This document shows, piece by piece, positions 16,787 to 27,636 of a DNA stretch of 32,000 nucleotides (the first letter of the stretch is position 1; every line of letters begins with the position of its first letter). Position numbers and translations under genes: made by a program. The stretch is from Nitrosococcus oceani ATCC 19707 (lineage in GTDB: Bacteria; Pseudomonadota; Gammaproteobacteria; Nitrosococcales; Nitrosococcaceae), in assembly GCF_000012805.1 (NCBI RefSeq), contig NC_007484.1, forward strand, positions 3,210,001 through 3,242,000, in the 5' to 3' direction. The notes under the pieces are model-generated. The model ran no database searches, was not told the origin of the DNA, and was given only the letters and a program-made list of their open reading frames with translations.

Positions 16787-18007
16787 TTAACTGCGGTACT
16801 CAGCATTAATTTTTACATAGGCAAAGGAAAGATCGCAGGTCCAGATTTGCACACGGGCATCCCCCCTGCCTAACTCCACCGCTAGGGTAATATCATCCTG
16901 AGCCATAACCGTTCGACCCTGCTCCTCGGTATACTCGGGATGAAGAACGCCTCCATGAATCACACAAGCCTCACCTAAGTAAAGAGAAACTCCTGTTATT
17001 TCAAGATCAGGTACGCCGCTGCGCCCTATGGCGGCAAGAATCCGGCCCCAATTGGGATCGCTGGCAAAGCAAGCGGTCTTGACCAAAGGAGATTGAGCAA
17101 TCGTATAAGCTACCTGCTCGCATTCTTGAATATTCCTTCCCCCCGCCACCTCAACCGTAATAAACTTAGTTGCCCCTTCTCCATCCCGAACAATGGCCTG
17201 GGCCAGAGATAAGCATACCTCGGTCACCGCCTGCTGCAAGGCAGCAAAAGCCGGGTCCTCAATCGTAGCGATAGAAACTTCACTTTGTCCTGTAGCCAGA
17301 AGAACACAAGCGTCATTCGTGGAAGTATCGCCATCGACAGTAATACGATTAAAGCTCTCTGCCACGCCTCGGGCAAGACAGCGCTGTAATACTTTCTTAG
17401 GAACCTGGGCATCAGTCGCCAGAAAAGCCAGCATAGTAGCCATATCGGGCCGGATCATACCTGATCCCTTAGCGATGCCCGTGACAGTCACCGGGTGGCC
17501 TTGGCAGGTAAAATGGACAGAGGTGCCTTTGGGGACGGTATCCGTAGTCATTATAGCGCGGGCTACCGAGGACCACCCGGTAGGCGAGCACACTTGCCAG
17601 ACTTGAGGTAAAGCGGCTTGTATACGGGAGACCGGTAACAGCTCACCAATGACTCCCGTGGAAAAAGGAAGTATCGCCGTGGAAGCCACTCCGCCCAGTT
17701 CAGCCAAAGTGGCGCAGCAGGTCTCAGCATCTACTATTCCCTGGATACCGGTACCTGCATTGGCATTGCCCGCATTAATCAAGAGAAAGCGCGGAGAATT
17801 TCCAGCTAAATGACGGCGAGCTACGATTACAGGTGCGGCACAAAAAGCATTACGAGTGAAAACAGCGGCACAGGTACTGCCCCCAGTCACCGCTATTATC
17901 GCTAAATCAGGACGATCACGGTAGCGAATCCCCGCAGCCACCGTTCCCAGTTCAACCCCCGCTACCGGTAGCAATTCTTGTAAATGCTCAAGGCCAGCAG
18001 CCATCAA
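16787..18007 (-). CDS. argJ: bifunctional ornithine acetyltransferase / N-acetylglutamate synthase
   Basis: [16 protein letters not shown] contains the autoprocessing A|TML site. 406 aa. It lies 50 nt downstream of secA on the same strand, and I recall the same pairing in Pseudomonas. Confidence 0.95.
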
Positions 18008-18057
18008 CTTCCTTGCATTCAGATAAGAATAGCTTTGTCAGCACAAAATTGATTACA

Positions 18058-20769
18058 TCAATTCAATTTACCGTGGCAATGCTTGTATTTCTTTCCTGAA
18101 CCACAGGGACAAGGCTCATTACGACCTACTTTCCGACCATCCCTGACATAAGGCGCCTTGGATTCAGCAGTCGAGGATTTTACATCGCCAGAACTATCCG
18201 CCATCGTACTTGCCGCTGCATGCTGGTATTCTACCGCGCTGGCAGCGCGGCGTTGATGCTCCACCGCCTCCACATCGGCCTCGGTACGCACCTGCACCTT
18301 GGAAAGGAGCGCAATGACATCATGCTTAATCCGCTCCAACATCTCTTGAAATAATTCGAAAGCCTCTCGCTTGAACTCCTGTTTGGGATTCTTTTGGGCA
18401 TAACCGCGCAGATGAATACCCTGGCGTAAGTGGTCCATCATTGCAAGATGTTCCTTCCATTGGGAATCCAATACCTGTAGCATGGCTGCTTTCTCAAAAT
18501 GGCGCATCACTTGGGGACCAACCAAGGTCTCTTTTTCTCCATAAGCGCCTTCCATCGCTTCCATAATACGTTCCCGCAAGGTCTCCTCGTGGAGACCTTC
18601 ATCGGCTTCCAGCCAACCAGCAATATCCACCTCAAGACCGAATTCACTCGCCAGCCCTTCCTGTAATCCCGGAATATCCCATTGTTCGTCAATACTCCCC
18701 GGGGGAATGTATTGGCTGACTAGAGAGTGAATTACGCCCTGGCGAATGCTTTGGACCATGTCCGAAACATCCTCTGCCGCCATCAATTCATTACGCTGCT
18801 GATAGATCACCGTACGTTGATCATTGGCCACATCATCAAACTCTAGCAATTGCTTGCGGATATCGAAGTTGTGACCCTCAACTTTACGCTGGGCATTTTC
18901 GATAGCACGGGTGACCCACGGATGTTCAATAGCCTCCCCTTCTTCCATACCTAACCTTTGCATCAGGCCCGAAATTCGTTCCGAGGCAAAAATGCGCATC
19001 AGGTTGTCTTCCAAGGATAAGTAAAAACGAGTGGAACCCGGATCTCCCTGGCGCCCGGACCGTCCCCGAAGCTGATTGTCAATACGTCGTGATTCATGGC
19101 GTTCAGTACCAATGATATGCAGTCCTCCAGCTGCCACAACCTGGTCATGACCTTCTTGCCACCGGCGCCGTATTTCTTCTTTTTTCGCCTTATCCGCATT
19201 CTCGCCTAGGGTCGCTAATTCCGCATCCAAGCTACCGCCAAGCACAATGTCGGTACCGCGGCCGGCCATGTTTGTCGCAATAGTAACCGTGCCGGGCCGG
19301 CCAGCCTGAGCAATGATCTCAGCCTCCTTCTCATGAAATTTAGCATTGAGCACTCGGTGTTCAACTTTTTCTTTTTTAAGCAGCCCCGAGAGATGCTCGG
19401 AGGTCTCAATGGAAGCAGTCCCCACCAGCACAGGCTGGCCCCGGGTGTGGCAATCCTTGATATCTTCAATAATGGCCTGGTATTTTTCTTCCGCGGTCAA
19501 ATAGACCTGGTCCCCATGGTCAACCCGGACCATGGGAAGGTGAGTAGGAATGACCACGACTTCTAAGCCATAAATCTGTTGGAATTCATAAGCCTCAGTA
19601 TCCGCCGTCCCCGTCATCCCCGCTAATTTCTCGTAGAGACGAAAATAGTTTTGGAAGGTAATAGAGGCCAAAGTCTGGTTTTCGCTTTGGATGGACACCC
19701 CCTCCTTGGCTTCCACCGCTTGATGAAGCCCCTCCGACCACCTTCGGCCAGGCATGGTGCGGCCCGTAAACTCATCCACGATCACCACCTGATCGTCCTT
19801 AACGATATAGTCGACGTCCTTATGGAAAAGCACATGGGCCCGCAAGGCCGCGTTAAAATGATGCATCAAGCCAATATTGGCGGCATCATAGAGGCTTTCT
19901 CCTTCTTGCATTAAGCCCGACTCGAGCATAACCTGCTCCGCGTGCTCATGTCCCGCTTCGGTCAAATATACTTGGCGCGCTTTCTCATCCACCGTGTAAT
20001 CACCCGGCCCATCTTCCCTCTCTTGCTTCTTTAAACGGGGCATAAAGACGTTGATTTGCCGATAAAGTTCGGAACTCTGCTCTGCGGCGCCGGAGATAAT
20101 CAAGGGAGTACGGGCCTCGTCAATCAAGATAGAGTCGACTTCATCCACAATGGCATAGTGCAGTTCCCGTTGTACCTTTTCTTCCAAACTAAAGGCCATG
20201 TTGTCGCGTAAGTAATCAAAGCCAAATTCATTATTGGTGCCATACGTAATATCCGCCATGTAGGCGGCTTTTCGAGCACCAGGATCCATATTGGAAGCGA
20301 TAATCCCCGTAGAAAGGCCCAGGAACTGGTAAAGCGGTCCCATCCATTGAGCATCACGCTGGGCCAGATAGTCATTAACCGTCACCACATGGACCCCTTT
20401 ACCAGGCAAAGCGTTGAGGTAAGCAGCTGCGGTGGCCACCAAAGTTTTACCCTCCCCCGTACGCATCTCAGCAATCTTGCCATCGTGGAGCACGATACCG
20501 CCCAAAAGTTGAACATCAAAGTGGCGCATGCCAAGAACCCGCTTACCCGCTTCCCGGACCACGGCAAAGGCTTCGGGTATGAGTTCATCTAAACTTTCAT
20601 CTGCGGCAAGCCGATCCCGGAACTGGTCGGTTTTAGCCTGTAACTGCCCATCGCTAAGCGCTGCAAATTCCTGCTCCAAAGCATTAATTTGCGCCACGAC
20701 TTTATTCACGCTCCGCAACAAGCGATCATTGCGGCTGCCAAATACCTTGCTGAGTAAATTAGTGACCAT
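18058..20769 (-). CDS. secA: preprotein translocase ATPase SecA
   Basis: N-terminus [19 protein letters not shown], Walker A MRTGEGKT and DEAD-like [18 protein letters not shown] are present. The C-terminal zinc-binding tail is [14 protein letters not shown]. 903 aa. Confidence 0.98.
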   Translation of the reverse strand: MVTNLLSKVFGSRNDRLLRSVNKVVAQINALEQEFAALSDGQLQAKTDQFRDRLAADESLDELIPEAFAVVREAGKRVLGMRHFDVQLLGGIVLHDGKIAEMRTGEGKTLVATAAAYLNALPGKGVHVVTVNDYLAQRDAQWMGPLYQFLGLSTGIIASNMDPGARKAAYMADITYGTNNEFGFDYLRDNMAFSLEEKVQRELHYAIVDEVDSILIDEARTPLIISGAAEQSSELYRQINVFMPRLKKQEREDGPGDYTVDEKARQVYLTEAGHEHAEQVMLESGLMQEGESLYDAANIGLMHHFNAALRAHVLFHKDVDYIVKDDQVVIVDEFTGRTMPGRRWSEGLHQAVEAKEGVSIQSENQTLASITFQNYFRLYEKLAGMTGTADTEAYEFQQIYGLEVVVIPTHLPMVRVDHGDQVYLTAEEKYQAIIEDIKDCHTRGQPVLVGTASIETSEHLSGLLKKEKVEHRVLNAKFHEKEAEIIAQAGRPGTVTIATNMAGRGTDIVLGGSLDAELATLGENADKAKKEEIRRRWQEGHDQVVAAGGLHIIGTERHESRRIDNQLRGRSGRQGDPGSTRFYLSLEDNLMRIFASERISGLMQRLGMEEGEAIEHPWVTRAIENAQRKVEGHNFDIRKQLLEFDDVANDQRTVIYQQRNELMAAEDVSDMVQSIRQGVIHSLVSQYIPPGSIDEQWDIPGLQEGLASEFGLEVDIAGWLEADEGLHEETLRERIMEAMEGAYGEKETLVGPQVMRHFEKAAMLQVLDSQWKEHLAMMDHLRQGIHLRGYAQKNPKQEFKREAFELFQEMLERIKHDVIALLSKVQVRTEADVEAVEHQRRAASAVEYQHAAASTMADSSGDVKSSTAESKAPYVRDGRKVGRNEPCPCGSGKKYKHCHGKLN

Positions 20770-20918
20770 AACTATTGATGATGTAGAATTGATTCTAAAG
20801 ATTATAAGGTGGGTACTAAGCTCGATATTAAGGGGCGATTAAGACCAAACTAACTAACCAGCTTCGAGCAGAAAATTATTCAAAAATCCGCCTTGCTTTT
20901 ACCTGCTGAAAATTTTCA

Positions 20919-20927
20919 ATTATAACA
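20919..20927 (-). promoter_or_regulatory. possible extended -10 element (TGTTATAAT) upstream of secA
   Basis: The minus strand reads TGTTATAAT, which fits TGnTATAAT. It lies ~150 nt upstream of the secA ATG, just downstream of the M23 peptidase stop. There is no good -35. Sequence match only. Confidence 0.25.
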
Positions 20928-20950
20928 AACAATGCCGCTCAACTCTTACT

Positions 20951-21898
20951 TTAGCTATCTTCCACTGCCCTGACAAATTGGAGAGGATCTACCGTGCGTC
21001 CCTCATGTAAAACTTCAAGGTGGACATGAGGCCCCGTTGAGCGGCCGCTGGACCCCATTAAAGCAATAACCTGCCCTTTGACAATATGTTCACCTACTTG
21101 TACTAAATTCTTCCGATTATGGGCATAACGGGTCACATAACCATTGCCATGGTTAATTTCAACCATCCTTCCATATCCTGAACGTTTCCCTACCCAAGTT
21201 ACAATACCCGCGGCTACGGCTAAAATTTTGGTGCCTGCTTTGCCGGCAAAATCCACCCCATTGTGAAACTCCCTTCGACCATTAAAGGGATCAGTCCGAT
21301 ACCCGTACTTAGAAGAAAGCCAACCCTGGTGCAAAGGACGGCCCGCCGGCAAAGCCGCTTGCTGTATATCCCATTCTAGCAACATGGTCTCTAGTAGCCG
21401 CAGTTGTTGCTGGCGATCAGTGATTTCTTGTGCTAATTGCTCCATGGTTGCCAAGAAATCGCTCAGTTTCGGTATTTCCCCTATGCGAGATTCTGGCCCG
21501 CCCATAGCGGGCGGATGAGTGAAATCGAATTCTCCTTGCTCCAAATCCGCATATACAATGAGACGCTGTCCCAGGGCATTCAGGCGAATCACATTCGCTT
21601 GGAGGTATCCGAGCCGCTGAGCAAGAACACCAAGCCCTTCTTCAGCTTGCTTCGTTGTCGCTGCTAACATTGCCTGCTGCCGCTCCAATCTCGCCTGCCA
21701 ATCCTTAGTCAGCACCTGCATTTGGGCAAGAGATTCCTGCTGTACAGTAAATTGGGTTCTCATACCAAAATGATAAGCCCCGTACACCGTTAGCAATAGG
21801 AATGTTAGTATTAAAAATAAGCAAGCGAAGAAAGCACGGGTACCCAGATGGATACAGTTTCGGCTTCTTGACGCCTTGGGAAGGATGATAATGTCCAT
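20951..21898 (-). CDS. M23-family (LytM-domain) metallopeptidase with N-terminal TM anchor and coiled-coil region
   Basis: The HxxxD motif (FHNGVDFAG) and the HxH motif (GPHVHLEV) are both intact. An N-terminal hydrophobic segment (FFACLFLILTFLLLTVYGAY) is followed by a Gln/Leu-rich helical stretch. Confidence 0.9.
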   Translation of the reverse strand: MDIIILPKASRSRNCIHLGTRAFFACLFLILTFLLLTVYGAYHFGMRTQFTVQQESLAQMQVLTKDWQARLERQQAMLAATTKQAEEGLGVLAQRLGYLQANVIRLNALGQRLIVYADLEQGEFDFTHPPAMGGPESRIGEIPKLSDFLATMEQLAQEITDRQQQLRLLETMLLEWDIQQAALPAGRPLHQGWLSSKYGYRTDPFNGRREFHNGVDFAGKAGTKILAVAAGIVTWVGKRSGYGRMVEINHGNGYVTRYAHNRKNLVQVGEHIVKGQVIALMGSSGRSTGPHVHLEVLHEGRTVDPLQFVRAVEDS

Positions 21899-21936
21899 TT
21901 TTTCCTTATCCTGGTATCAATCTAGGAATATTTACT

Positions 21937-22380
21937 ATGCGAGTTACCCCATCCATTAACAAGGTACTTAAGACCACCGAAGGGAACTTGCAACGCCTGC
22001 TTACCCGAGCCAAAACCTTACAGCGGTTGACCTTTGAAGTTCGTCAATGCCTGCCGCAAGCCCTATCCTCCCATTGCTTAGTCGCTAACATTCGGGATAA
22101 CCGCCTCATTATGCATACCGATACCCCAGCCCAAGCCAACCTTCTACGTTATTACATGCCTAATATTATCAAGCACCTACAGCAGCGTCAGGAATTTCGC
22201 AACCTTCGCAGAGTAGTAGTAAAAGTGCGCCCTCCCACTCCTCTTTTACCTTCTTCTCAAAAGCAGCGTCCTGCCCTTTCCCATGAGAACGCGGTTTTGC
22301 TCCGTAATATAGCGAGAGGAATGAAAAACTCTCACCTCAAAGCAGCCTTTTTACGCTTATCCTTAAGGTCTAAAGAATAA
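21937..22380 (+). CDS. small basic protein, DUF721-like (possible DciA-type helicase-loading factor)
   Basis: 147 aa. The core HCLVANIRDNRLIMHTDTPAQANLLRYYMPNIIKHLQQ...LRRVVVKVRP fits the DUF721 pattern as I remember it (a 'this strand alone / full strand' beta-alpha pattern, then a short beta strand ending in R/K). A basic, probably disordered tail follows. It occupies the slot between lpxC and the M23 peptidase/secA, which I recall as a DUF721 gene in Pseudomonas. Confidence 0.6.
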   Translation: MRVTPSINKVLKTTEGNLQRLLTRAKTLQRLTFEVRQCLPQALSSHCLVANIRDNRLIMHTDTPAQANLLRYYMPNIIKHLQQRQEFRNLRRVVVKVRPPTPLLPSSQKQRPALSHENAVLLRNIARGMKNSHLKAAFLRLSLRSKE

Positions 22381-22406
22381 TGACACTCGGCTTAGACAAC
22401 CCAGCT

Positions 22407-23321
22407 TTATGCTGCCGTTAAAGGGCGGGTAAAAAGGATAGGAGCTGCGGTCTCGTCATCTTCAAAGGTGACGATTTCCCAAGCAGATTTATCTGCCATG
22501 AGGGCACACAGTAATTTATTATTTAAGGCATGGCCCGATTTATAACCGCTAAAGGCGCCGATGAGGGTATGGCCAAGCAAGTAAAGATCGCCAATGGCAT
22601 CTAAAATCTTGTGACGGGCAAATTCATCCTCATAACGCAAACCATCTTCGTTAATCACCCGATAATCATCCACCACTACCGCGTTGTTCAGGCTACCTCC
22701 TAACGCCAGATTAGCTTCTCGCAAGCGCTCGATGTCTTTCATAAAGCCAAAAGTTCGGGCACGACTCACCTCCTTCACAAAGGAAGTAGAAGAAAAGTCA
22801 ATTTCAACCCCTTGCGGTCGACCCTTGAATGCCGGGTGATCGAAATCAATGACAAAGGAAACTTTGAAGCCGTCAAAAGGCTCAAAACGGGCCCACTTAC
22901 CCTCTTCCTCCATGAGCAACGTTTTTTTTATCAGTATAAAGCGCTTGGGCGCCTCTTGCTGGACTATTCCCGCAGACTGTATCAAAAAAACAAAAGGACC
23001 CGCACTTCCATCCATGATAGGAACTTCAGAAGCATTCAAATCCACATAAGCATTGTCAATGCCCAAGCCAGCAAAAGCCGATAGCAAATGCTCCACAGTA
23101 GCAATGCGTACCCCTTCCTTGACGAGGGTGGAAGAAAGCGTGGTATCTCCCACATTCTCTTCCCTGGCTTTTATTTCCACAGGGGGATCTAAATCAACTC
23201 TACGGAAGACGATACCGGTATCCACTGCTGCCGGCCTTAACGTGAGATAAACAATATCCCCAGTATGCAATCCTACCCCAGTAGCGCGGATGACATTTTT
23301 AAGTGTACGTTGTTTTATCAT
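22407..23321 (-). CDS. lpxC: UDP-3-O-acyl-N-acetylglucosamine deacetylase
   Basis: Canonical N-terminus [22 protein letters not shown], plus [12 protein letters not shown]. 304 aa from the ATG at 23321, with AGGAA upstream. The ORF-track start at 23624 adds 101 non-homologous codons that run into ftsZ. Confidence 0.95.
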   Translation of the reverse strand: MIKQRTLKNVIRATGVGLHTGDIVYLTLRPAAVDTGIVFRRVDLDPPVEIKAREENVGDTTLSSTLVKEGVRIATVEHLLSAFAGLGIDNAYVDLNASEVPIMDGSAGPFVFLIQSAGIVQQEAPKRFILIKKTLLMEEEGKWARFEPFDGFKVSFVIDFDHPAFKGRPQGVEIDFSSTSFVKEVSRARTFGFMKDIERLREANLALGGSLNNAVVVDDYRVINEDGLRYEDEFARHKILDAIGDLYLLGHTLIGAFSGYKSGHALNNKLLCALMADKSAWEIVTFEDDETAAPILFTRPLTAA

Positions 23322-23451
23322 GGTAGAATATATTTCCTTTAGCCAATAATTCATCGGGTCAAGCACTTGCCGGGGAGGTAGCGAAGGACCCATACCCGCA
23401 CGGACCCAATAATGGCGGTGCCCCCTATTAAAACTGGACTGGGTTGGAACA

Positions 23452-24609
23452 TCAATCGGCCTGTCGGCGCAAAAATGCTGGAACATCCAAATAATCCATG
23501 CTGGAATCACTGCTCGTTGTGACTGGATCTCGCGATGAACCATGGCGGATAACCGTAGGCTTATCCAGCGTATGATAATCGATAGGTTCTTCAGGTTCAG
23601 ACTGTTGAGAAGAAATCTGCGCAAGACTGATGGGCGCTTTCGTTTGGGTCTCCGGCTGTCCTAGTCCGGTAGCAACAACCGTAACCCGCAGTTCATTTTC
23701 CAGGCCGGGGTCAATCACGGTACCCACCACGACGGTCGCATTATCTGCAGCATATTCTTTAACTGTGCTTCCGACCTCCTCGAATTCGCCGATAGACATA
23801 CTCGGCCCCCCCGTGATATTGACCAGCACCCCGCGAGCACCTTTTAGGCTGATATCTTCCAGCAAGGGACTTGCTACCGCCGCCTCGGCCGCCAAACGGG
23901 CCCGCTCCTCCCCCGTGGCGCTGCCAGAGCCCATCATGGCCATTCCCATTTCCGCCATGACTGTGCGAACATCGGCAAAATCCACATTAATCAAGCCAGG
24001 TCGGGTAATGAGTTCCGCGATTCCCTGCACTGCACCGAGCAAAACATCATTAGCCGCCTTAAAAGCATTTAACAGACTAATACTTTTACCCAGCACCGGC
24101 ATCAATTTTTCATTCGGTATGGTGATCAAAGAATCGACATACTGGGTTAGCTCCTTAATTCCTTCATCGGCGATGGCTGCCCGCTTGCGCCCCTCAAAGG
24201 AAAAAGGCCGAGTCACCACGGCAACAGTCAAAACCCCGAGTTCCTTAGTGACTTGGGCCACCACGGGAACACCGCCTGTTCCAGTACCACCACCCATACC
24301 GGCAGTAATAAACACCATATCCGCACCGCTCACCACTTCCATGATCCGCTCCCTATCCTCCAGAGCAGCTTGGCGGCCAATTTCTGGATCAGCCCCGGCC
24401 CCTAACCCTTTGGTAATATTGTTTCCTAGTTGCAACACGGTATTGGCAGCACAATCTTTCAGGGCTTGCGCGTCCGTATTGGCGACGATGAAATCGACTC
24501 CTTCTATTTTGGCGTCCACCATATGCCGAATGGCGTTGCCGCCCCCCCCACCGACGCCAATGACCTTGATCACCGCACTTTGAGTATATGAATCCATCAA
24601 TTCAAACAT
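23452..24609 (-). CDS. ftsZ: cell division GTPase FtsZ
   Basis: GVGGGGGNA and the tubulin signature GGGTGTGG are present, as is the conserved C-terminal peptide [14 protein letters not shown]. The start at 24609 (MFELMDSY) has GGAGA 6 nt upstream and matches the E. coli MFEPME N-terminus. Confidence 0.98.
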   Translation of the reverse strand: MFELMDSYTQSAVIKVIGVGGGGGNAIRHMVDAKIEGVDFIVANTDAQALKDCAANTVLQLGNNITKGLGAGADPEIGRQAALEDRERIMEVVSGADMVFITAGMGGGTGTGGVPVVAQVTKELGVLTVAVVTRPFSFEGRKRAAIADEGIKELTQYVDSLITIPNEKLMPVLGKSISLLNAFKAANDVLLGAVQGIAELITRPGLINVDFADVRTVMAEMGMAMMGSGSATGEERARLAAEAAVASPLLEDISLKGARGVLVNITGGPSMSIGEFEEVGSTVKEYAADNATVVVGTVIDPGLENELRVTVVATGLGQPETQTKAPISLAQISSQQSEPEEPIDYHTLDKPTVIRHGSSRDPVTTSSDSSMDYLDVPAFLRRQAD

Positions 24610-24670
24610 GGTCATTCTCCTTGTCATTTAAATTTCTATAATTGATAAGCTGGTCTAAATTCGAGTATTT

Positions 24671-25906
24671 TTAAAAATTCCCCTGAAACCATCCCCGCAT
24701 CCTATCCCATACCCCCCGAACGCTTCTCAGCGGCCGACCTCCTAAACCCGGTGTGTAAGGATGATGATGCCCGAAAAGCAAAAGCCCTATGCCGGTAGCA
24801 TGTACCGGGTTCCTCACCACATCAGGCAAGCCAGCCATATGTTGGGGTATACCGAGTCGTACCGGCGTGTGAAAAACTTCCTCCGCCAACTCCATCACCC
24901 CTTCCATTTTGGCGCTACCCCCTGTTAATACGACCCCCGCCCCCAGCAATTCCTCATACCCGCTCCGCTGCAACTCTTCCATAACAAGCTCCAGCAGCTC
25001 CCGGTAACGGGGCTCGATGACCCCAGCTAGCGCCTGGCGCGATAATCGCCGTGGCGGCCGATCGCCGACGCTGGGAACCTCAATGTGTTCATCAGGATGA
25101 GTCAATTGAGTCAAGGCACAGGCGTATCTCAGCTTAATATCGTCGGCATGCTGAGTCGGAGTTCTCAAAGCCACGGCAATATCATTAGTGACCTGATCGC
25201 CCGCAATCGGAATTACCGCGGTGTGACGAATCGCCCCGCCCACGAACACCGCAATATCCGTGGTCCCGCCACCGATATCTACTAAACACACGCCCAGCTC
25301 CTGCTCATCATCGGTAAGGACCGAGTAACTTGAAGCTAGCTGCTGCAAGATAATATCATCCGCTTCCAGCCCACACCGGCGGATACACTTAATAATATTC
25401 TGGGCAGCGCTAACGGCGCCAAACACCAAATGCACCTTGGCCTCTAGACGAACCCCCGACATACCGACCGGATCTCGTATCCCCTCTTGGCTATCAATAA
25501 TAAATTCCTGGGGCAATACATGAAGAATTTTCTGATCCGCAGGAATGGCAACCGCGCGGGCGGAATCTATTACCCGTTCCACATCTTCCGTAGTCACCTC
25601 CTTGTCACGAATGGGTACAACTCCGTCGGAATTTTGACTACGAATATGGCTACCGGCGATGCCGGTAAACACCGAGTAAATCTGGCAACCCGCCATCGAT
25701 TCCGCCTCCTCCACTGCCCGCTGAATAGACTGAACCGTGGAGTCGATATTCACTACCACACCTTTTTTCAATCCACGGGAGGGATGAGAACCAATGCCTA
25801 CTACTTCAATCTCACCTTCAGGGTGAGTTTCAGCCACAATGGCGGCTATCTTAGAGGTACCGATATCTAGACCTACAATAAAATTCTTATCGCTACGCTT
25901 AGACAT
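24671..25906 (-). CDS. ftsA: cell division protein FtsA
   Basis: Actin-fold motifs GLDIGTSKI and VDIGGGTTDIAV are present. I place the start at 25906 (MSKRSDKNFIVGLDIG), which overlaps the ftsQ stop by 8 nt. Confidence 0.97.
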   Translation of the reverse strand: MSKRSDKNFIVGLDIGTSKIAAIVAETHPEGEIEVVGIGSHPSRGLKKGVVVNIDSTVQSIQRAVEEAESMAGCQIYSVFTGIAGSHIRSQNSDGVVPIRDKEVTTEDVERVIDSARAVAIPADQKILHVLPQEFIIDSQEGIRDPVGMSGVRLEAKVHLVFGAVSAAQNIIKCIRRCGLEADDIILQQLASSYSVLTDDEQELGVCLVDIGGGTTDIAVFVGGAIRHTAVIPIAGDQVTNDIAVALRTPTQHADDIKLRYACALTQLTHPDEHIEVPSVGDRPPRRLSRQALAGVIEPRYRELLELVMEELQRSGYEELLGAGVVLTGGSAKMEGVMELAEEVFHTPVRLGIPQHMAGLPDVVRNPVHATGIGLLLFGHHHPYTPGLGGRPLRSVRGVWDRMRGWFQGNF

Positions 25907-26696
25907 CGAATGCCGCCTCACGAACCCATGCGGGTGCTGTATTGCCGTGCCAGGTGATTGCAAAACCATTCGTATAGCGCATATCCACTCGCTTTATATC
26001 CTCTCGATGTAATCGCAACAAGTGGGCATAGATTTGCTGAAATCGGGTTAGACGTTGCTTGCTGTGAGCCCGCCCCAAAATCAATTCCATACCGTCTTCG
26101 AAAACCACATGCCAATCCCGCCGTTCTCCCATGGTGAGCTGAACCACCCGCAGCCCAAGAGAATTCAATTGCGCCTGTATTTTCTCTAAACGGCTAACTA
26201 ACAATCGTTCACTGTCCGGAGGACCTTGTAATTTTGGCAACCCCTGAGGAAAACTCGCCTCAGGCGGGGTGAAAATCTCGCCTTCAATACTGATTAAGGC
26301 ATCTTTACCCCAGCGCGCCAGGGGTATTTTCTCTTGAACTTCAATCTGTAAGGCATCAGGCCAAACCCGGCGTACATTTACTTGAGCTACCCAGGGTAAT
26401 TCCTCCACTACCGTCCGTATCGTCTTCAGATTCACGTTAAAAAAACCACCTTTTACGTAACCAGCCGTTACCTTATGCAATTTTTGTTGAGTCACATACT
26501 TAAACTGCCCCTTGATGTTCACCTGACGCAGGGGCAAAGTTTCGGGGTCGGCGAGATGGTTAATTCCCCACACAACTACCCCTACAAGAGATAATGTCAA
26601 CAAACCTTGGCCAATCGTCCACCATGGGAAGGCGCGGGGAGGCTGAGAACGACTCGCCCCACGCTGTACTCGGCGGTTTTTTTTCCTACGTGCCAT
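25899..26696 (-). CDS. ftsQ: cell division protein FtsQ
   Basis: Basic N-terminus (MARRKKNRRVQRG), a single TM segment (LLTLSLVGVVVWGI), then a POTRA-like region. It lies between ddl and ftsA. A start at 26696 overlaps the ddl stop by 11 nt. The upstream ATGs at 26750/26759 are less likely. Confidence 0.85.
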   Translation of the reverse strand: MARRKKNRRVQRGASRSQPPRAFPWWTIGQGLLTLSLVGVVVWGINHLADPETLPLRQVNIKGQFKYVTQQKLHKVTAGYVKGGFFNVNLKTIRTVVEELPWVAQVNVRRVWPDALQIEVQEKIPLARWGKDALISIEGEIFTPPEASFPQGLPKLQGPPDSERLLVSRLEKIQAQLNSLGLRVVQLTMGERRDWHVVFEDGMELILGRAHSKQRLTRFQQIYAHLLRLHREDIKRVDMRYTNGFAITWHGNTAPAWVREAAFDV

Positions 26697-27636
26697 CCTG
26701 GAACATTCTCCGCTCCAAACTACTTGCCAATATCTGCAAAACCATCTCATCGAACTCAATACCCGCAGCCTGGGCCGCCATCGGCACTAAGCTATGATCC
26801 GTCATACCCGGCACCGTATTGATCTCAAGCAAATAGGGATGTGCTTTCTCATCGCAGCGCAAATCCACTCGTCCCCAGCCGCTAGCCCCAAGGGCCTGAA
26901 ACGCTTCTAAAGCTAGTGCCTGCAAGTCTTGCTCTTGCTTCTCCGAGAGCCCACAGGGGCAGAAATAACGGGTTGTATTAGCATGATATTTCGCTTCGAA
27001 ATCGTAGAAAACGCGGGGCGTCTCCAAACGAATGAGCGGCAAGACTCGGTCCGCAAGAATAGCAGCGGTATACTCCGCCCCTGGTAGCCACCGCTCGGCA
27101 AATACCGCTGTATCAAAAATCACCGCTTCTCTATAAGCAGATTGCAACGCCTCAATGCTTTCTACTTTCATCATCCCCAAGCTTGAACCTTCCCGCGCCG
27201 GTTTCACAATAAGGGGTAAACCTAGGTCAGCCGCAATTAAAGCTGGATTTGTATCCCTGGTGAGCACAGAAAAATCTGCGGTAGGCAAATCCATTCCCCG
27301 CCAAAGCCGCTTACTACGCAGCTTATCCATGGTCAGGGCAGACCCCAATACCCCACTGCCGGTATAGGGCAAGTTTAAAGTTTCCAAAACTCCCTGAATA
27401 ACACCATCCTCTCCCCCGCGTCCGTGCAGAGCTATAAAGGCCCGGGTAAACTGCCCTTTTGAAAGCTGCGTTAACACTCCTTTATCCACATCAATTCCAT
27501 GGGCTTCAATTCCCTGCCTTAGGAGAGATTGAAGGACGGCGGTACCGCTTTTAAGAGAAATCTCTCGCTCCGCAGAATAGCCACCCATCAACACCACAAC
27601 CTTGCCCCAGGCTTTGACATCCACCCTCCCTATCAT
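26686..27636 (-). CDS. ddl: D-alanine--D-alanine ligase
   Basis: Contains GGYSAEREISLKSG, ALHGRGGEDG and EINTVPGMT. 316 aa. ATGA overlap with murB. Confidence 0.95.
   Translation of the reverse strand: MIGRVDVKAWGKVVVLMGGYSAEREISLKSGTAVLQSLLRQGIEAHGIDVDKGVLTQLSKGQFTRAFIALHGRGGEDGVIQGVLETLNLPYTGSGVLGSALTMDKLRSKRLWRGMDLPTADFSVLTRDTNPALIAADLGLPLIVKPAREGSSLGMMKVESIEALQSAYREAVIFDTAVFAERWLPGAEYTAAILADRVLPLIRLETPRVFYDFEAKYHANTTRYFCPCGLSEKQEQDLQALALEAFQALGASGWGRVDLRCDEKAHPYLLEINTVPGMTDHSLVPMAAQAAGIEFDEMVLQILASSLERRMFQDGT

Noticed and set aside
17193-17606. 137-aa plus-strand ORF, antisense to argJ
   Set aside because: Same reasoning: it is embedded opposite a conserved gene, with no motif and no start signals.
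20770-20950. Search for a secM-like leader peptide upstream of secA
   Set aside because: Reading the minus strand of this 181-nt region by eye, I saw no ATG-initiated ORF. There is no evidence for a SecM-type arrest peptide.
23322-23624. 101-codon N-terminal extension of the lpxC ORF, overlapping the ftsZ 3' end
   Set aside because: The canonical LpxC N-terminus (MIKQRTLKN) starts at 23321 with an AGGAA ribosome-binding site. The extension has odd composition (Trp/Ile/Arg-rich) and would overlap ftsZ by about 170 nt.
23630-24583. 317-aa plus-strand ORF, antisense to ftsZ
   Set aside because: It is entirely embedded opposite a strongly conserved gene. The product is a low-complexity Ser/Thr/Pro/Ala sequence typical of the antisense frame of Gly/Ala/Val-rich genes. 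There is no start context.
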